The notes below the pieces were generated by a model. That model worked only from the letters and a program-made list of their open reading frames with translations, did not search any database and was not told the DNA's origin. Positions 38,540-48,659 of a stretch of DNA of 64,000 nt are shown in pieces. Made by a program: the position numbers and the translations under genes. The DNA lies in NCBI GenBank assembly GCA_024275235.1, contig JAJRZN010000012.1, positions 5,279 to 69,278 of the forward strand. Reading direction: 5' to 3'. How positions within the stretch are numbered: position 1 is the first letter of the stretch; every line of letters begins with the position of its first letter. This DNA comes from Deltaproteobacteria bacterium (GTDB taxonomy: Bacteria > Desulfobacterota > Desulfobulbia > Desulfobulbales > VMSU01).

Positions 38540-41197
38540 ATGAAAAAGGTTATCTGCCTGATTAACGTGCTGATTTTCTTTGCTCTCTGCGGTTACGCCT
38601 CGGCCTCGGTTATTGATTCTCCTCACAATGAGACTCACGGCATTAGTTGCGGCGACTGTCATACCTATTCCCTGTGGTGGCAATATTCACCAGCGGCCAA
38701 TAACAGCACCACCCCTTATTCCGCCATCACCGCCGCCGTCTGTAATAAATGTCACGGCAGCGGCGGTTACGCCCCCAACAAGGTCAGTCATTCATCCGCC
38801 TCCATGGGTGCCATGCATGATAAAAATCTCGGCGACTGGTCAACCAGCTGCGTTGACTGCCATGACCCACATTTCCAGGAACAGTTAGGCTGGCTGTCCA
38901 CCGATGAAGCCGCCCTTTATCTGGTAAACGGCAGCATTGATTCCGGCTCTATTCAGGTTGACACCGCCGCCAATACCACCACCTTTACCTATAATAACGC
39001 CGACTCATCCACTTTCTGGAGCGATCCCGCCAACTGGGGCGCCAAAACGTCCAAAGGCCGGGGCCTGATTCTGGTACTGAGCAAAGACAACCCAGGCAAC
39101 ACCTATGAAATAAACAGCGCCGTACAAACCACCGCCATTACCCCCGGTACTCCCGGCGGCACCGGAACAATAACGGTACAGGGCATAATCCCCAATAGTT
39201 ACGACGGCAGTACCTTTGGTGTTATTTACGGTCAATTAATCAAGAAGACCATTACCACCCCCAGATTGGATGCCAACGGCAAGAAAATCAAAATGGATGT
39301 CAAATTTTTCGATCCTGAGATAACCTATGCCTCCGGTGAGGTCGGCGGCCTGGCCGACGGCTCCGGTCTGCCGCCCAAGGGTATCTGCCAGGTATGTCAC
39401 GCCTCCACCAAATATTACAATTACGACGGCCTGCAGCCCGACCCGGCAGACCCAGATTACCCCAACGGGGCCAGGATAGCGGTAAGTAAACATTACAAGA
39501 CCAAATGCACCGCCTGCCATATAACCCTGCTCGGTTTTAAGCCTTCCTATCCGAATCACAATGTCTTTATCTCCGGCACAGGAACCAGTTGCGTCCATTG
39601 TCACAACGCCACCGATATTATTGCCGATACCCATAAATTTCATTGCGGAGACTGCCATTACCCCGGTCCCCCGACCCTGATTTCTCCATTCCCGAGCCCC
39701 AAATGGCCCACCGCCTCTGGTGCCGTCCGCAAAACAGGTACTTGTTACGACTGCCACAGCGGCATCGCGGCAGACTTCACCTCTCATCCCAACGCCCTGG
39801 ATCATACCGGCCATGTGGATCCCAACCCAAGATGCACGGGATGTCATTTCCATCATAACAAAAATGTTATTACCGGTATTCATGTCACCAAGGTCTGTGC
39901 CACCTGCCACAATCTGACTTATGATGCCTCCACTGGTAAATACAGCGGCAATGGCGTCCTCATCAGCCTGGCCGCCCAGCATGGCCCCGGCGACTGCACC
40001 AACTGCCATACGGATATAGCCGCCAATTTCTTTGCCCATCCAACCTCCGGTGACCATACCGGCTTAGTAACGGCCACAGCGCAATGCGCGGTCTGTCATA
40101 CCGGCGACCCGGTAAAAAGTGTCCACAACAGTAACTGCGGCATGTGCCATGCCAATAAAACAGGGCTGCTCTACGGAGTCGCCAAGACCAACGGCCCCGG
40201 CGACTGCCTTAACTGCCACTCCACTTACAGTGATTTTGCCAGCCACACTCCGCCCCCGCACACAACCCAGGTCAGCGCTGATACCGCCTGTGTGAACTGC
40301 CATTCTAATCAGGATCTGGTTAATGGAATTCATGGCCGTAACAGCTGCGCCACCTGCCATGACAGCAAAGGGGTATTAGTCGGTTCCGCCAGCGGCCATA
40401 ACGACGGCGGCAACTGCTCGGTCTGCCACACTACCGAAGCCACGAACCTGAGCGGAGGAACCCATCCCACCGCCAGCCACTCCAGCACCACTGTCACCTT
40501 CATGGTCGGCAGCAGCTGCGTTACCTGTCATAAAGGTGATACCGTTTCTACGGTTCATAATAATAATTGCTTAGACTGCCATGTGGCCTTGAATTCCACC
40601 CAGATTCACACTCTGAAGGGCAGCGCCGCCGGCCGGGAGGGCAATACGACCAATACCTGCGTTGACTGCCATACGGCCATTGCCGCCAGCTTTAACAATC
40701 ACAATTCCTGGTCTCACGATGTACGAGTCAGCAGTACCGGTACCAGTTGCGCCTCCTGTCATCCTGGCGACCCCATCTTCACCATTCACCAGAAAGGCGG
40801 TTATTGCGTTGACTGCCATGACAGCAATGACTGGCGGCTCATCGGCAGCGCCGCCGGCAAGGGAACCGGCAAACCAGCGGTCAAAGGCAACAACTGCATG
40901 GACTGCCATGGCGGTTTTCCGCTTCACGATTCTCTGAATATTGATTTAAGCCACTCAACCCAGGTCACCGCGACCCCGACCTGTATTACCTCCGGATGCC
41001 ACGATCAGGTGTCCGATCTCGGGGCAAATATTTACGTGGGCACCAACAGCGTCCACACCTCAGGAACTTATACGGGTACTGACAGCTGTGCGGCCTGCCA
41101 TCTTAACGACGGCAGCCTGAACCCGCCGGCAATAGCAGGCGGCGGTGACTGCAAGACCTGTCATAGTGATACCAAATACGACAGTACACCACATTAA
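38540..41197 (+). CDS. large secreted multihaem c-type cytochrome (25 CxxCH plus 1 CxxxxCH)
   Basis: It has a signal peptide (MKKVICLINVLIFFALCGYASA). I counted the haem-binding motifs by eye across 885 aa. There is a repeated module CxxCH-x2-IAAxF-x2-H...H...V...CxxCH. Confidence 0.85.
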   Translation: MKKVICLINVLIFFALCGYASASVIDSPHNETHGISCGDCHTYSLWWQYSPAANNSTTPYSAITAAVCNKCHGSGGYAPNKVSHSSASMGAMHDKNLGDWSTSCVDCHDPHFQEQLGWLSTDEAALYLVNGSIDSGSIQVDTAANTTTFTYNNADSSTFWSDPANWGAKTSKGRGLILVLSKDNPGNTYEINSAVQTTAITPGTPGGTGTITVQGIIPNSYDGSTFGVIYGQLIKKTITTPRLDANGKKIKMDVKFFDPEITYASGEVGGLADGSGLPPKGICQVCHASTKYYNYDGLQPDPADPDYPNGARIAVSKHYKTKCTACHITLLGFKPSYPNHNVFISGTGTSCVHCHNATDIIADTHKFHCGDCHYPGPPTLISPFPSPKWPTASGAVRKTGTCYDCHSGIAADFTSHPNALDHTGHVDPNPRCTGCHFHHNKNVITGIHVTKVCATCHNLTYDASTGKYSGNGVLISLAAQHGPGDCTNCHTDIAANFFAHPTSGDHTGLVTATAQCAVCHTGDPVKSVHNSNCGMCHANKTGLLYGVAKTNGPGDCLNCHSTYSDFASHTPPPHTTQVSADTACVNCHSNQDLVNGIHGRNSCATCHDSKGVLVGSASGHNDGGNCSVCHTTEATNLSGGTHPTASHSSTTVTFMVGSSCVTCHKGDTVSTVHNNNCLDCHVALNSTQIHTLKGSAAGREGNTTNTCVDCHTAIAASFNNHNSWSHDVRVSSTGTSCASCHPGDPIFTIHQKGGYCVDCHDSNDWRLIGSAAGKGTGKPAVKGNNCMDCHGGFPLHDSLNIDLSHSTQVTATPTCITSGCHDQVSDLGANIYVGTNSVHTSGTYTGTDSCAACHLNDGSLNPPAIAGGGDCKTCHSDTKYDSTPH

Positions 41198-41226
41198 TAA
41201 GAACACCTGTAACCACCGATAAAAAA

Positions 41227-41259
41227 CCGGCCATGCTTTGAAAGCGTGGCCGGTTTTTT
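41227..41259 (+). terminator. intrinsic terminator after the cytochrome gene
   Basis: A 10-bp stem ccggccatgc/gcgtggccgg (one G-U pair) has a 7-nt loop, followed by TTTTTT. Confidence 0.75.
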
Positions 41260-41394
41260 ATTTTTATTGTGATCTCAATATGCCCCTGAAAGAGACTGAT
41301 TTTATTTCTAAGTAATAAAAGTTTTTTTGACAATTTCAATCCAACTCCTTATTCTTCAAAATAATGTTCAAAAAATATCGATAGAGGGATAATT

Positions 41395-41940
41395 ATGCAG
41401 GAAACCGGCTACCTGAAGGAAAATAAAAAGGTTCTTCAACTGCTTAAAAGAATTAAAAAATTCCAGGCCTTTTCCGATGACGACATAGAAGCCTTTTTAG
41501 AAGTGGGGAAATTAAAATCCTATGAGGCTGGAGAAACTATTATAAGTAAAGGCGATAAGGACCAATGGGTTTATTTTCTAATCTCCGGGCAGGTAAAAAT
41601 TGTCAAGGGTGAAAAGACCTTTGCGATCCTGGAGGGCGGCGGCGACCTCTTTGGAGAAATGGGGGTCATTGACGGCTCTCCACGTTCGGCCAGCGTCTGG
41701 GCTCTGGCCAGGACAATGGTTCTGGGACTGGACTGCAGTAATCTTGACCATAAACTCAAAGACAATGCCAGAGTCTTCCAATATGCCGTTTTCAGACTCT
41801 TTGCCGAAACCCTTGCCGAACGTCTACGGCAAACCGACGAAGAATTATTAAAACTCCAGATAGAATTACAGCAAAAGGATAAACTCATCGCCCAGTTAAA
41901 AAAGTCCGGCAACCAGGAAGATGAGACTATCTGGGTGTAG
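41395..41940 (+). CDS. cyclic-nucleotide-binding domain protein with C-terminal coiled coil
   Basis: It has a cNMP-binding signature (FGEMGVIDGSPRSASVWA) and a C-terminal heptad-rich tail. Confidence 0.75.
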   Translation: MQETGYLKENKKVLQLLKRIKKFQAFSDDDIEAFLEVGKLKSYEAGETIISKGDKDQWVYFLISGQVKIVKGEKTFAILEGGGDLFGEMGVIDGSPRSASVWALARTMVLGLDCSNLDHKLKDNARVFQYAVFRLFAETLAERLRQTDEELLKLQIELQQKDKLIAQLKKSGNQEDETIWV

Positions 41941-41953
41941 CAGAACAGAACAA

Positions 41954-42805
41954 CTACCTTTTTTCTTTATTTAACTCCTGCTCAATCATTACATCAAAAC
42001 CTTTCAGAGTAGGTAGACGAAGAAGGCGACCGTTAATAAATATTGTCGGCGTACCATGGACACCAGCGGCTATGCCTTCCCTGAGATCTTCGTTAATCCG
42101 CCGGATGGCCTCAGGATCTTGGCGGTCATGCTCAAAACGCGGCATATTAAGCCCTATTTCCCGGGCGAATTGCTGAAAATCAGCCATACTCAGACTACTA
42201 TAATGCTGAAAAATTTTATCATGCATCTGCCAATATTTACCCTGCCGCCCAGCGGCAATATCGGCGAGCGAGGCTTGACGCGAGAAGCGGTGCATCCGTA
42301 GAGGAAATTCTTTATAAACCAGTTTGACTTTAGTGGGATATTGCTTGAGCACCTGCTCAAGTAAGGGGTTAACCCTTGCGCAGTATGGTCATTGATAATC
42401 ACTGAATACCGCGATAACCACCGGGGCGTCGGCAGGCCCCTTGAATGGCGAGCCTTTAGTGCTGATTTTATGCACAAAGCTTAAGCGCGTCATCCGCACC
42501 ATGTGATGGGCACTGTCGGTTAAAAACAAGGTGGTTCCATCCGGTGATACCGCGAGACGATCCGCCTTGGCGCTTAGTTTAACCGAGCCCTTATGGCGCC
42601 CCTTTGGATCATATATTTCCACCCGGCCAGATTCAGTGAGAACAAATATCGATTGACCATCCCCGGAGATGGCAGTATCAAGAGGGGCGGAAGACAGGCG
42701 CAGACTGGCAACAGGCGTGGTCTCCACCTCCACCTTCGCCCCGGCCCGGGCCGGAACCAGCAGCGGCAGGGCCAGCAGCGAACCTATAATGATTTTTTTA
42801 AACAT
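41954..42805 (-). CDS. secreted DsbA-family thiol:disulfide oxidoreductase, candidate selenoprotein (UxxC; TGA at 42389-42391 read as Sec)
   Basis: ORFs 42389-42805 and 41954-42352 are in one frame. The junction reads VVIAVFSDYQ-TGA-PYCARVNPLLEQVLKQYPTKVKLVYKEFPL, so the stop replaces the first Cys of the DsbA CPYC motif. Downstream it has GKYWQMHDKIF and GVHGTPTIFINGR. The N-terminus has a signal peptide. Confidence 0.65.
42344..42361 (-). promoter_or_regulatory. candidate bacterial SECIS hairpin
   Basis: The mRNA sense is CUUGAGC-AGGU-GCUCAAG (7-bp stem, 4-nt loop containing GGU). The loop starts 34 nt after the UGA, within the commonly quoted 16-37 nt window. Confidence 0.5.
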
Positions 42806-42951
42806 AGTTTTCTCCCATTTTCATAAGAACAGACATACCCGGTCAGCCGGATTTAACGCAAAAAGATATATCGAATTTATACCAGAAAGGCCCTAAGGTC
42901 AAATCAATCAAAACATGCCGGAAAATAAAACAAAATTAAGTAGGGACAAAG

Positions 42952-43773
42952 ATGCCGGAACTGCCAGAAGTTGAAGTCGTCCGCCAGGGGATTGCCCCCA
43001 TGCTCATCGGCAGAACCATTACCCGAATCAAGACCAGCGGCCTGGCCCTGCGGCGGCCCATCCCCGAGGCAGAGATTGAGCGCTATATTAAAGATCAACC
43101 TATAAGCACGGTAGGACGGCGGGCCAAATATCTGATTGTGACTGCGGCCAACAATGCCGCCTTAATCATCCATCTCGGCATGACAGGACGGCTGGGAATG
43201 TTCAGAGCCGGCCAGAGCTCAGCCCGCCATGACCATCTATACTGCCGGCTTGATAACGGCCTGGAACTACGTTTTAATGATACCCGCCGTTTTGGTTTAA
43301 TCCAGGTACTGCCTCCGGATGCCGATGAAGGTAGTTTTTTCGCCGCCCTGGGGCCCGAACCCCTCGGTAATGACTTCACCACCGACTATATGCTGAGCAG
43401 GGCCGGAAAAAGCCGGCGGCCCCTGAAGAATTTTCTCGTGGACAGCCATGTAGTAGTGGGAATCGGCAATATCTACGCCAATGAAATCACCTTCGCCGCC
43501 TCTATCTCACCCACGAGAGCGGTCAATAAGATAAACCGCCCGGAGTGGCAGACCGTTGTCACCTCAACCAGAGAAATACTCAAGAAAGCTATTGCCGCCG
43601 GGGGCTCCACCATCGCCGATTTTATTAACGCCGGCGGCAAGCCGGGATATTTCCAGCTCCAGCTCCAGGTTTACGGCCGCGCCGGTGAGCCCTGCCCCAT
43701 CTGCGGCAGAGCCATAGAAAAAATCACCTTGGCAGGCCGGGCCACCTTCTGGTGCCGTCACTGCCAGCATTAA
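42952..43773 (+). CDS. mutM: formamidopyrimidine-DNA glycosylase
   Basis: It has an MPELPEVE N-terminus and a C-terminal zinc finger (CPICGRAIEKITLAGRATFWCRHCQ). Confidence 0.95.
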   Translation: MPELPEVEVVRQGIAPMLIGRTITRIKTSGLALRRPIPEAEIERYIKDQPISTVGRRAKYLIVTAANNAALIIHLGMTGRLGMFRAGQSSARHDHLYCRLDNGLELRFNDTRRFGLIQVLPPDADEGSFFAALGPEPLGNDFTTDYMLSRAGKSRRPLKNFLVDSHVVVGIGNIYANEITFAASISPTRAVNKINRPEWQTVVTSTREILKKAIAAGGSTIADFINAGGKPGYFQLQLQVYGRAGEPCPICGRAIEKITLAGRATFWCRHCQH

Positions 43774-45941
43774 CTGCCTTGCGCTGAACCGCCAAAGCCA
43801 ATAATAACAAAAGTGCCTTGAGCCCCGGAAGAACGCATGGTTATATCCCCTCCCTGAGTAACGGCCATGAGCCGGGCGCTGTAAGTTCCCAGCCCGCTGC
43901 CGCCGCTCTTGCCTCTGGTGGCGTATTTATCAAAAAATGAGGCGCGCAGCTCCTCAGGTACGGCCCCATCGTTATGAATTATTATTTCTAAACGCCCATT
44001 CTCCGCCTTACGCATGGCAACCTCAATGACCTGCCCGACGGGCGAGGCCTCCAAGGCGTTTTTAATAAGATTAGCCAGCATACTGTAGGTCAACAGTTCG
44101 TCTCCGCTGATAATAAAACGTTCATCCTTACGGCATGGCCGACCATTTACCAGAAGCCGCAGCTCAACCCGCTTACTCTGAAGCTGATCTAAAAGATCAA
44201 GACCAATTTTGCGCAGAATGGCGACACAATCCACCCGCACCGGCTGAAAATTATATCGTCCCTCTTCCATGCGATAGATTTCCAGAGAGTTGTTAATCAA
44301 CTCTAACATCTTGTAACCGCTGTCCTCAATCATCTGCAGCCATCGCAGCTGGTCAGAACTGAGATTATTCTGCTTACGAATGAGATAGGGAATATTAACA
44401 ATACCGTTTAAGGGGGCCTTGAGATCATGGCGGGCGATACGGTCAAGCTCCTCCCGCAGACGGTTCGCCTCCCGGCGCTCTCTCAGATCACGATCATAGG
44501 CCAGCACCCCTCTGAAAAGGCCCTTATCATCCACCAGGGGTTTAGCCTTCCGCCATACCGGCCGTTCCTCCCGCTCCGGGCCATAATAAATTATTATTTC
44601 CTCCTCAACATTTACGACCGCCGCCCCTTTTAAACGCTCAAAATTAAGCCGGCAGACCTCCAGATTTTCCGGATGAATAAAATCGATCGTCTTCTTACCC
44701 ACCATTTCCCAGCGTCCCAGGCCGTAGAGACGCAGAGCCGCCGGATTCACATCAACAATTACCCCCTGATCATCAAGAACGCTGATAGCATCCGGGGCCG
44801 TCTCAAACAAGGTACGGTAACGTTCCTCACTCTGGCGGCGGGCGGCTATCTCCAGATCACGGCTGCGGATCATGTCATGCAGCCGCCCCTTCATCACCAG
44901 AAAGGCCTGAGCCAGAACTCCGGTTTCATCATCTTTACGGGGCCGAATTTCCTGAGCCCAGTCACCCCGTGCTAACTTGTTGGCGGCCGCGGCCAGCTCC
45001 AATATCGGCCGGGTTATACCCCGGGCCAACTTATATGACACCAGCAGACATAAGGCCATGGTCAACAATATAATAGCGAGATAGACAATAATTAACCGTC
45101 TTGGCACCAGCATGAAACGGTTCATCGGCAAAGCGGCATCAAGAAAGACACCCATTTCAGGCAGGTAGATCAGGGCGTTCATCACGTCCTGCCCCAGAAG
45201 AGGGGCTCGTTTAATCCGTACCCCCCCCAGGCACAGGCCGGAGGTTCCGATTATCCCCCCGAGATTCACCCGCTGCATAATCCGCCCTTTATCCCGAGAA
45301 ATCAGCACCCGGCCATCAGCGGTCATCAAGGTCAAATAGCCGGTCTCTTCAAAATGGAAATTCGCCATAGTCGGCGATAATCGATCAATGGTGGACACGG
45401 CCATGACCGCCCCGGTAAATCTACTGAAACGGTCGCCATAATAGATGTATTCAATATACGGCGGCGGCAGTTCCGCCCCCGCCGTTTTCTCGGTAACAAT
45501 TTTGAACTGAATAACATTGGGATGCTCTTTGGCCCGTTTAAAAATGGCGCAATCACCATGATCTATTAAATGACGTGACTTGCGGCCGCGAACAACCTTA
45601 ACCTTTTCAAGACCGCTCTTATCGAGATAGGCCACAACGGAAAAGTCCTGGCTGGAAATATCCTTTAAATACTCGGTGAGGGCACCCTCCCAGAAAGAGC
45701 TGGTATAGGTGGTTACCGCCTCACTATGCCCCAGTTCTCTTATTTCACTTAAGAGCAGATCCCAGTTGTGACGAACAAAATCAGCCTGGCTGACCGCCAC
45801 ATAACGCATCTGCCGTTTGGCACTGGCAGTAAGGGCAGTGTAGAGAATAAAATACCCGGCCACAGCAAGAGCCAAAGCTCCAAGAAGAGCCATGAGAAGC
45901 TGAACCAGCATAATTTTACTGTTAATGGAAAGAGCCTTCAC
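43770..45941 (-). CDS. sensor histidine kinase (periplasmic sensor domain, HAMP, PAS, HisKA, HATPase_c)
   Basis: It has two TM segments flanking a sensor domain of about 250 aa. After a HAMP-like linker comes PAS (RYRTLFETAPDAISVLD), the H-box HDLKAPLNGI and the G-boxes GGSGLGTY. Confidence 0.85.
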   Translation of the reverse strand: MKALSINSKIMLVQLLMALLGALALAVAGYFILYTALTASAKRQMRYVAVSQADFVRHNWDLLLSEIRELGHSEAVTTYTSSFWEGALTEYLKDISSQDFSVVAYLDKSGLEKVKVVRGRKSRHLIDHGDCAIFKRAKEHPNVIQFKIVTEKTAGAELPPPYIEYIYYGDRFSRFTGAVMAVSTIDRLSPTMANFHFEETGYLTLMTADGRVLISRDKGRIMQRVNLGGIIGTSGLCLGGVRIKRAPLLGQDVMNALIYLPEMGVFLDAALPMNRFMLVPRRLIIVYLAIILLTMALCLLVSYKLARGITRPILELAAAANKLARGDWAQEIRPRKDDETGVLAQAFLVMKGRLHDMIRSRDLEIAARRQSEERYRTLFETAPDAISVLDDQGVIVDVNPAALRLYGLGRWEMVGKKTIDFIHPENLEVCRLNFERLKGAAVVNVEEEIIIYYGPEREERPVWRKAKPLVDDKGLFRGVLAYDRDLRERREANRLREELDRIARHDLKAPLNGIVNIPYLIRKQNNLSSDQLRWLQMIEDSGYKMLELINNSLEIYRMEEGRYNFQPVRVDCVAILRKIGLDLLDQLQSKRVELRLLVNGRPCRKDERFIISGDELLTYSMLANLIKNALEASPVGQVIEVAMRKAENGRLEIIIHNDGAVPEELRASFFDKYATRGKSGGSGLGTYSARLMAVTQGGDITMRSSGAQGTFVIIGFGGSAQGS

Positions 45942-46226
45942 ATCTATTTACCCCCTTGTGCCATAAAGAATTGAGTAAAGCGCGATCACCGGGCACCAAA
46001 GCCGCAGCACCGGAAACAAGGGCCGACAAATTAAAAGACAGCGGGTATTTTTTTCAGTATTTGCAAAAGATGTTTTAGTTCATTATGATAAGAAATTACG
46101 AAGCTTAATTCCCGGGCGGTTCAAACAAGATTCAATAATTTTGTAATTCAGCAGCCCCTCATCTTCAGTTACATTCAGTAGTTATTGCTAATTTCGGACA
46201 TTTTGCTGAATAGTTATATTTATTAT

Positions 46227-48638
46227 ATGCCATATCTTTTTATTTCAACATTATTATTTATTTTCAGCCTTGTGCCACTGAGCACCAGAGCCGCCGTTAA
46301 CAATCATGTTCCGATAGGGATTGACAGCAGCGCCCTGCTTAATCTTAACGTCAAGGTACTGATTGCCGCCCGTCCCTTATCTATCATTTTAGTGGAAAAA
46401 GATTTCCAGCGCCTCCGGGTTCTCCGCTATGACGGCAGGTTACAGGTTATGACGGAATATACTGCGGCTACCGGCGAGAATTCCGGCCCTAAAATAGTGG
46501 AAGGGGACAAAAAAACCCCGGAAGGTATATATTTTATTACCAAAAAATATATCGACAAAAAGCTCACCGTCTTCGGTACCAAGGCCTTTCACCTAAATTA
46601 TCCCAACATTTTTGACCGCCTGGAAAAACGAGATGGACATGGTATATTTATCCACGGTACCAACAAAAAATTACGTTATGACAGTACCAACGGCTGCATC
46701 AGCCTTAACAACAATGATCTCTCACAATTAGCCCGATTTTTAAAAATCGGGACTATTCCGGTGATAATTATCCCAAGTCTCCTGGATTTAAAAACCGGCC
46801 AGGCCCCATTACCGGATTTAAGCAGCAATAATTTTGAATTAGCCAAAAAACTATTACTGCCTGAGATCGCTAAGGCCCCTGTTACCTTTTATAACCTCTA
46901 TATAATTCAGGTTAACAGCCAGACCCTGGTCGCCTGTGAATACGGCCTGCCGGGCCGCAAATCATCTTTCGCCGCCAGTTATATAGGTTTTAAGCCCGAC
47001 AGAGGCTGGAGAATTATGCAGCGCCTCAGGCCGCCTGTCAACTGGATTCCGGCCATAACTCAAAAGAAAGCGCAGTCAGCCAAACCGCTCTCCACAACCG
47101 CTGCCGAGTCAAGTATTGCCGCTCTTTCGTCATGGCCGCCCCAAAAAAGTGATATCTATCTCAAATGGTACCGAGAGGCAAACAGAGCGCTTAACTTACC
47201 AACACCCAGCCGGAAACCAAAAACCGGCCAAAAACAAAAGCCGTCAGCCGCTCAAAAGCCGTCACCTGCTCCTTACGGCGGCCCGGCCTCATCCATGCCG
47301 GAACTGATGTTTATCATCCTGCTCCTGTCGGCAGTTCTCGTAATATTAAGTTATATAATTATACGCCTGCGAGGTTTGGAAAAGAAAACCCTCGCCGTCA
47401 AGTTGGACAACAAAGACATTCACCTTTATTCCAGCACAACAGAACAACAGGAAACCTTGACAAATGGCATTAAACTACTCAAAAACGATCTTAACGCCCT
47501 GGACATTTTTTTAAAGGAGACAGTTATGGATAGAGAGGAATTCCGAACCCGGATTGACGATTTGGAGACCAGACTGGCCAGCCGGCAGGATGAAATTGAG
47601 CAGCTTATTACCGAAAAAGCAGCTTTAAAGCTCAAGGGTATGTCTGGTTTGTCAAAGCAGGTGGAAGAATTAGGGGAGATGCGGCAGGAATTAAAAATCG
47701 CCCAGGAAAAACTGGACGAATCACGCCTGGACTTAGAGCGTCTTCCTGCCCTTGAGGCAATGCTTGCCGATCAACAGGAAAAATATCAACAATTAGCCCT
47801 TAAGTACGCGGCGTTAAAGCAGGAAGGAGCAGGAGAGAGCGCCGGCCTTGAAGAGGAATTAACAACTCAGCGCGAAAAGGCGGATGACCTGCGCGAACAA
47901 TTACAAACCAGCCTGGCGGCGCAGGAAGCCCTGCAAGACCAGCTTCAGGAACAAAAGGCGGCACAGGAGAACAATAAAAATCTCCAGATCAGAAGCCAAA
48001 GCTTAGAGACCGAGTTGGAGAACAGCCGCCAGGAATGCCGCCGTCTTCAGGATGAAATAGCTCTGCTTAACCGGAAAGAGGCAGTAGACAATGAACAGGA
48101 AGTGGAAATCACCATGCTGTCCAGCCAATTAGAAGATATGCGGCAGGAAATAACCACCTTACGGGAAAAACTGCAGGCCGGCAGGGATGAGGAACACAGC
48201 TTACGGCAGAAAATCGCCACAATATCGTCTCATACCACCAGGGTAAAAGAGTTAGAGGAGCTTTTACTGGCACGCCAGATTGAGATAACCCGCCAGAACA
48301 ACAAGATAGAGGAAATCCACACTGAACATCAGCAGGAACTGAGCGGCCTGAACCGCCAGCTGGAAGAGTTAGGGCAGGCCTTAGAAGAAGAGAGAGCGAG
48401 ACGCGCCGAGGACGAATTAAAGCTCCACAAGTTTGAAGAGGAATTAACGACCCGGCGGCAAACTGTTGAGCCCGTCCCGATCGTGCCTGAGGCTGAAGAA
48501 CCCCTCAAACCCGCAGCAGAGAAAGAAACAGAACCGGCAGATCAACCTGCCGCAGCCAGCAAATCAGCGGATAGAGCAAAGACATCGGGCAGTCCGCTCC
48601 TGCCCGACGATATCCTCAACAAATGGTTAGGCGGCTAA
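46227..48638 (+). CDS. L,D-transpeptidase (YkuD) domain protein with TM segment and long C-terminal coiled coil
   Basis: It has a signal peptide from Met 46227, the YkuD catalytic motif HGTNKKLRYDSTNGCISL, a TM segment (LMFIILLLSAVLVILSYIII) and then about 400 aa of E/Q/L-rich heptad sequence. Confidence 0.75.
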   Translation: MPYLFISTLLFIFSLVPLSTRAAVNNHVPIGIDSSALLNLNVKVLIAARPLSIILVEKDFQRLRVLRYDGRLQVMTEYTAATGENSGPKIVEGDKKTPEGIYFITKKYIDKKLTVFGTKAFHLNYPNIFDRLEKRDGHGIFIHGTNKKLRYDSTNGCISLNNNDLSQLARFLKIGTIPVIIIPSLLDLKTGQAPLPDLSSNNFELAKKLLLPEIAKAPVTFYNLYIIQVNSQTLVACEYGLPGRKSSFAASYIGFKPDRGWRIMQRLRPPVNWIPAITQKKAQSAKPLSTTAAESSIAALSSWPPQKSDIYLKWYREANRALNLPTPSRKPKTGQKQKPSAAQKPSPAPYGGPASSMPELMFIILLLSAVLVILSYIIIRLRGLEKKTLAVKLDNKDIHLYSSTTEQQETLTNGIKLLKNDLNALDIFLKETVMDREEFRTRIDDLETRLASRQDEIEQLITEKAALKLKGMSGLSKQVEELGEMRQELKIAQEKLDESRLDLERLPALEAMLADQQEKYQQLALKYAALKQEGAGESAGLEEELTTQREKADDLREQLQTSLAAQEALQDQLQEQKAAQENNKNLQIRSQSLETELENSRQECRRLQDEIALLNRKEAVDNEQEVEITMLSSQLEDMRQEITTLREKLQAGRDEEHSLRQKIATISSHTTRVKELEELLLARQIEITRQNNKIEEIHTEHQQELSGLNRQLEELGQALEEERARRAEDELKLHKFEEELTTRRQTVEPVPIVPEAEEPLKPAAEKETEPADQPAAASKSADRAKTSGSPLLPDDILNKWLGG

Positions 48639-48659
48639 GGGCCTTCTTTTTTATAACCC

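Noticed and set aside
39236-40927. There are minus-strand ORFs (273 aa, 98 aa, 118 aa) opposite the cytochrome gene.
   Set aside because: They are Gly/Ala/Val-rich antisense translations of the CxxCH-repeat gene, with no independent signals.
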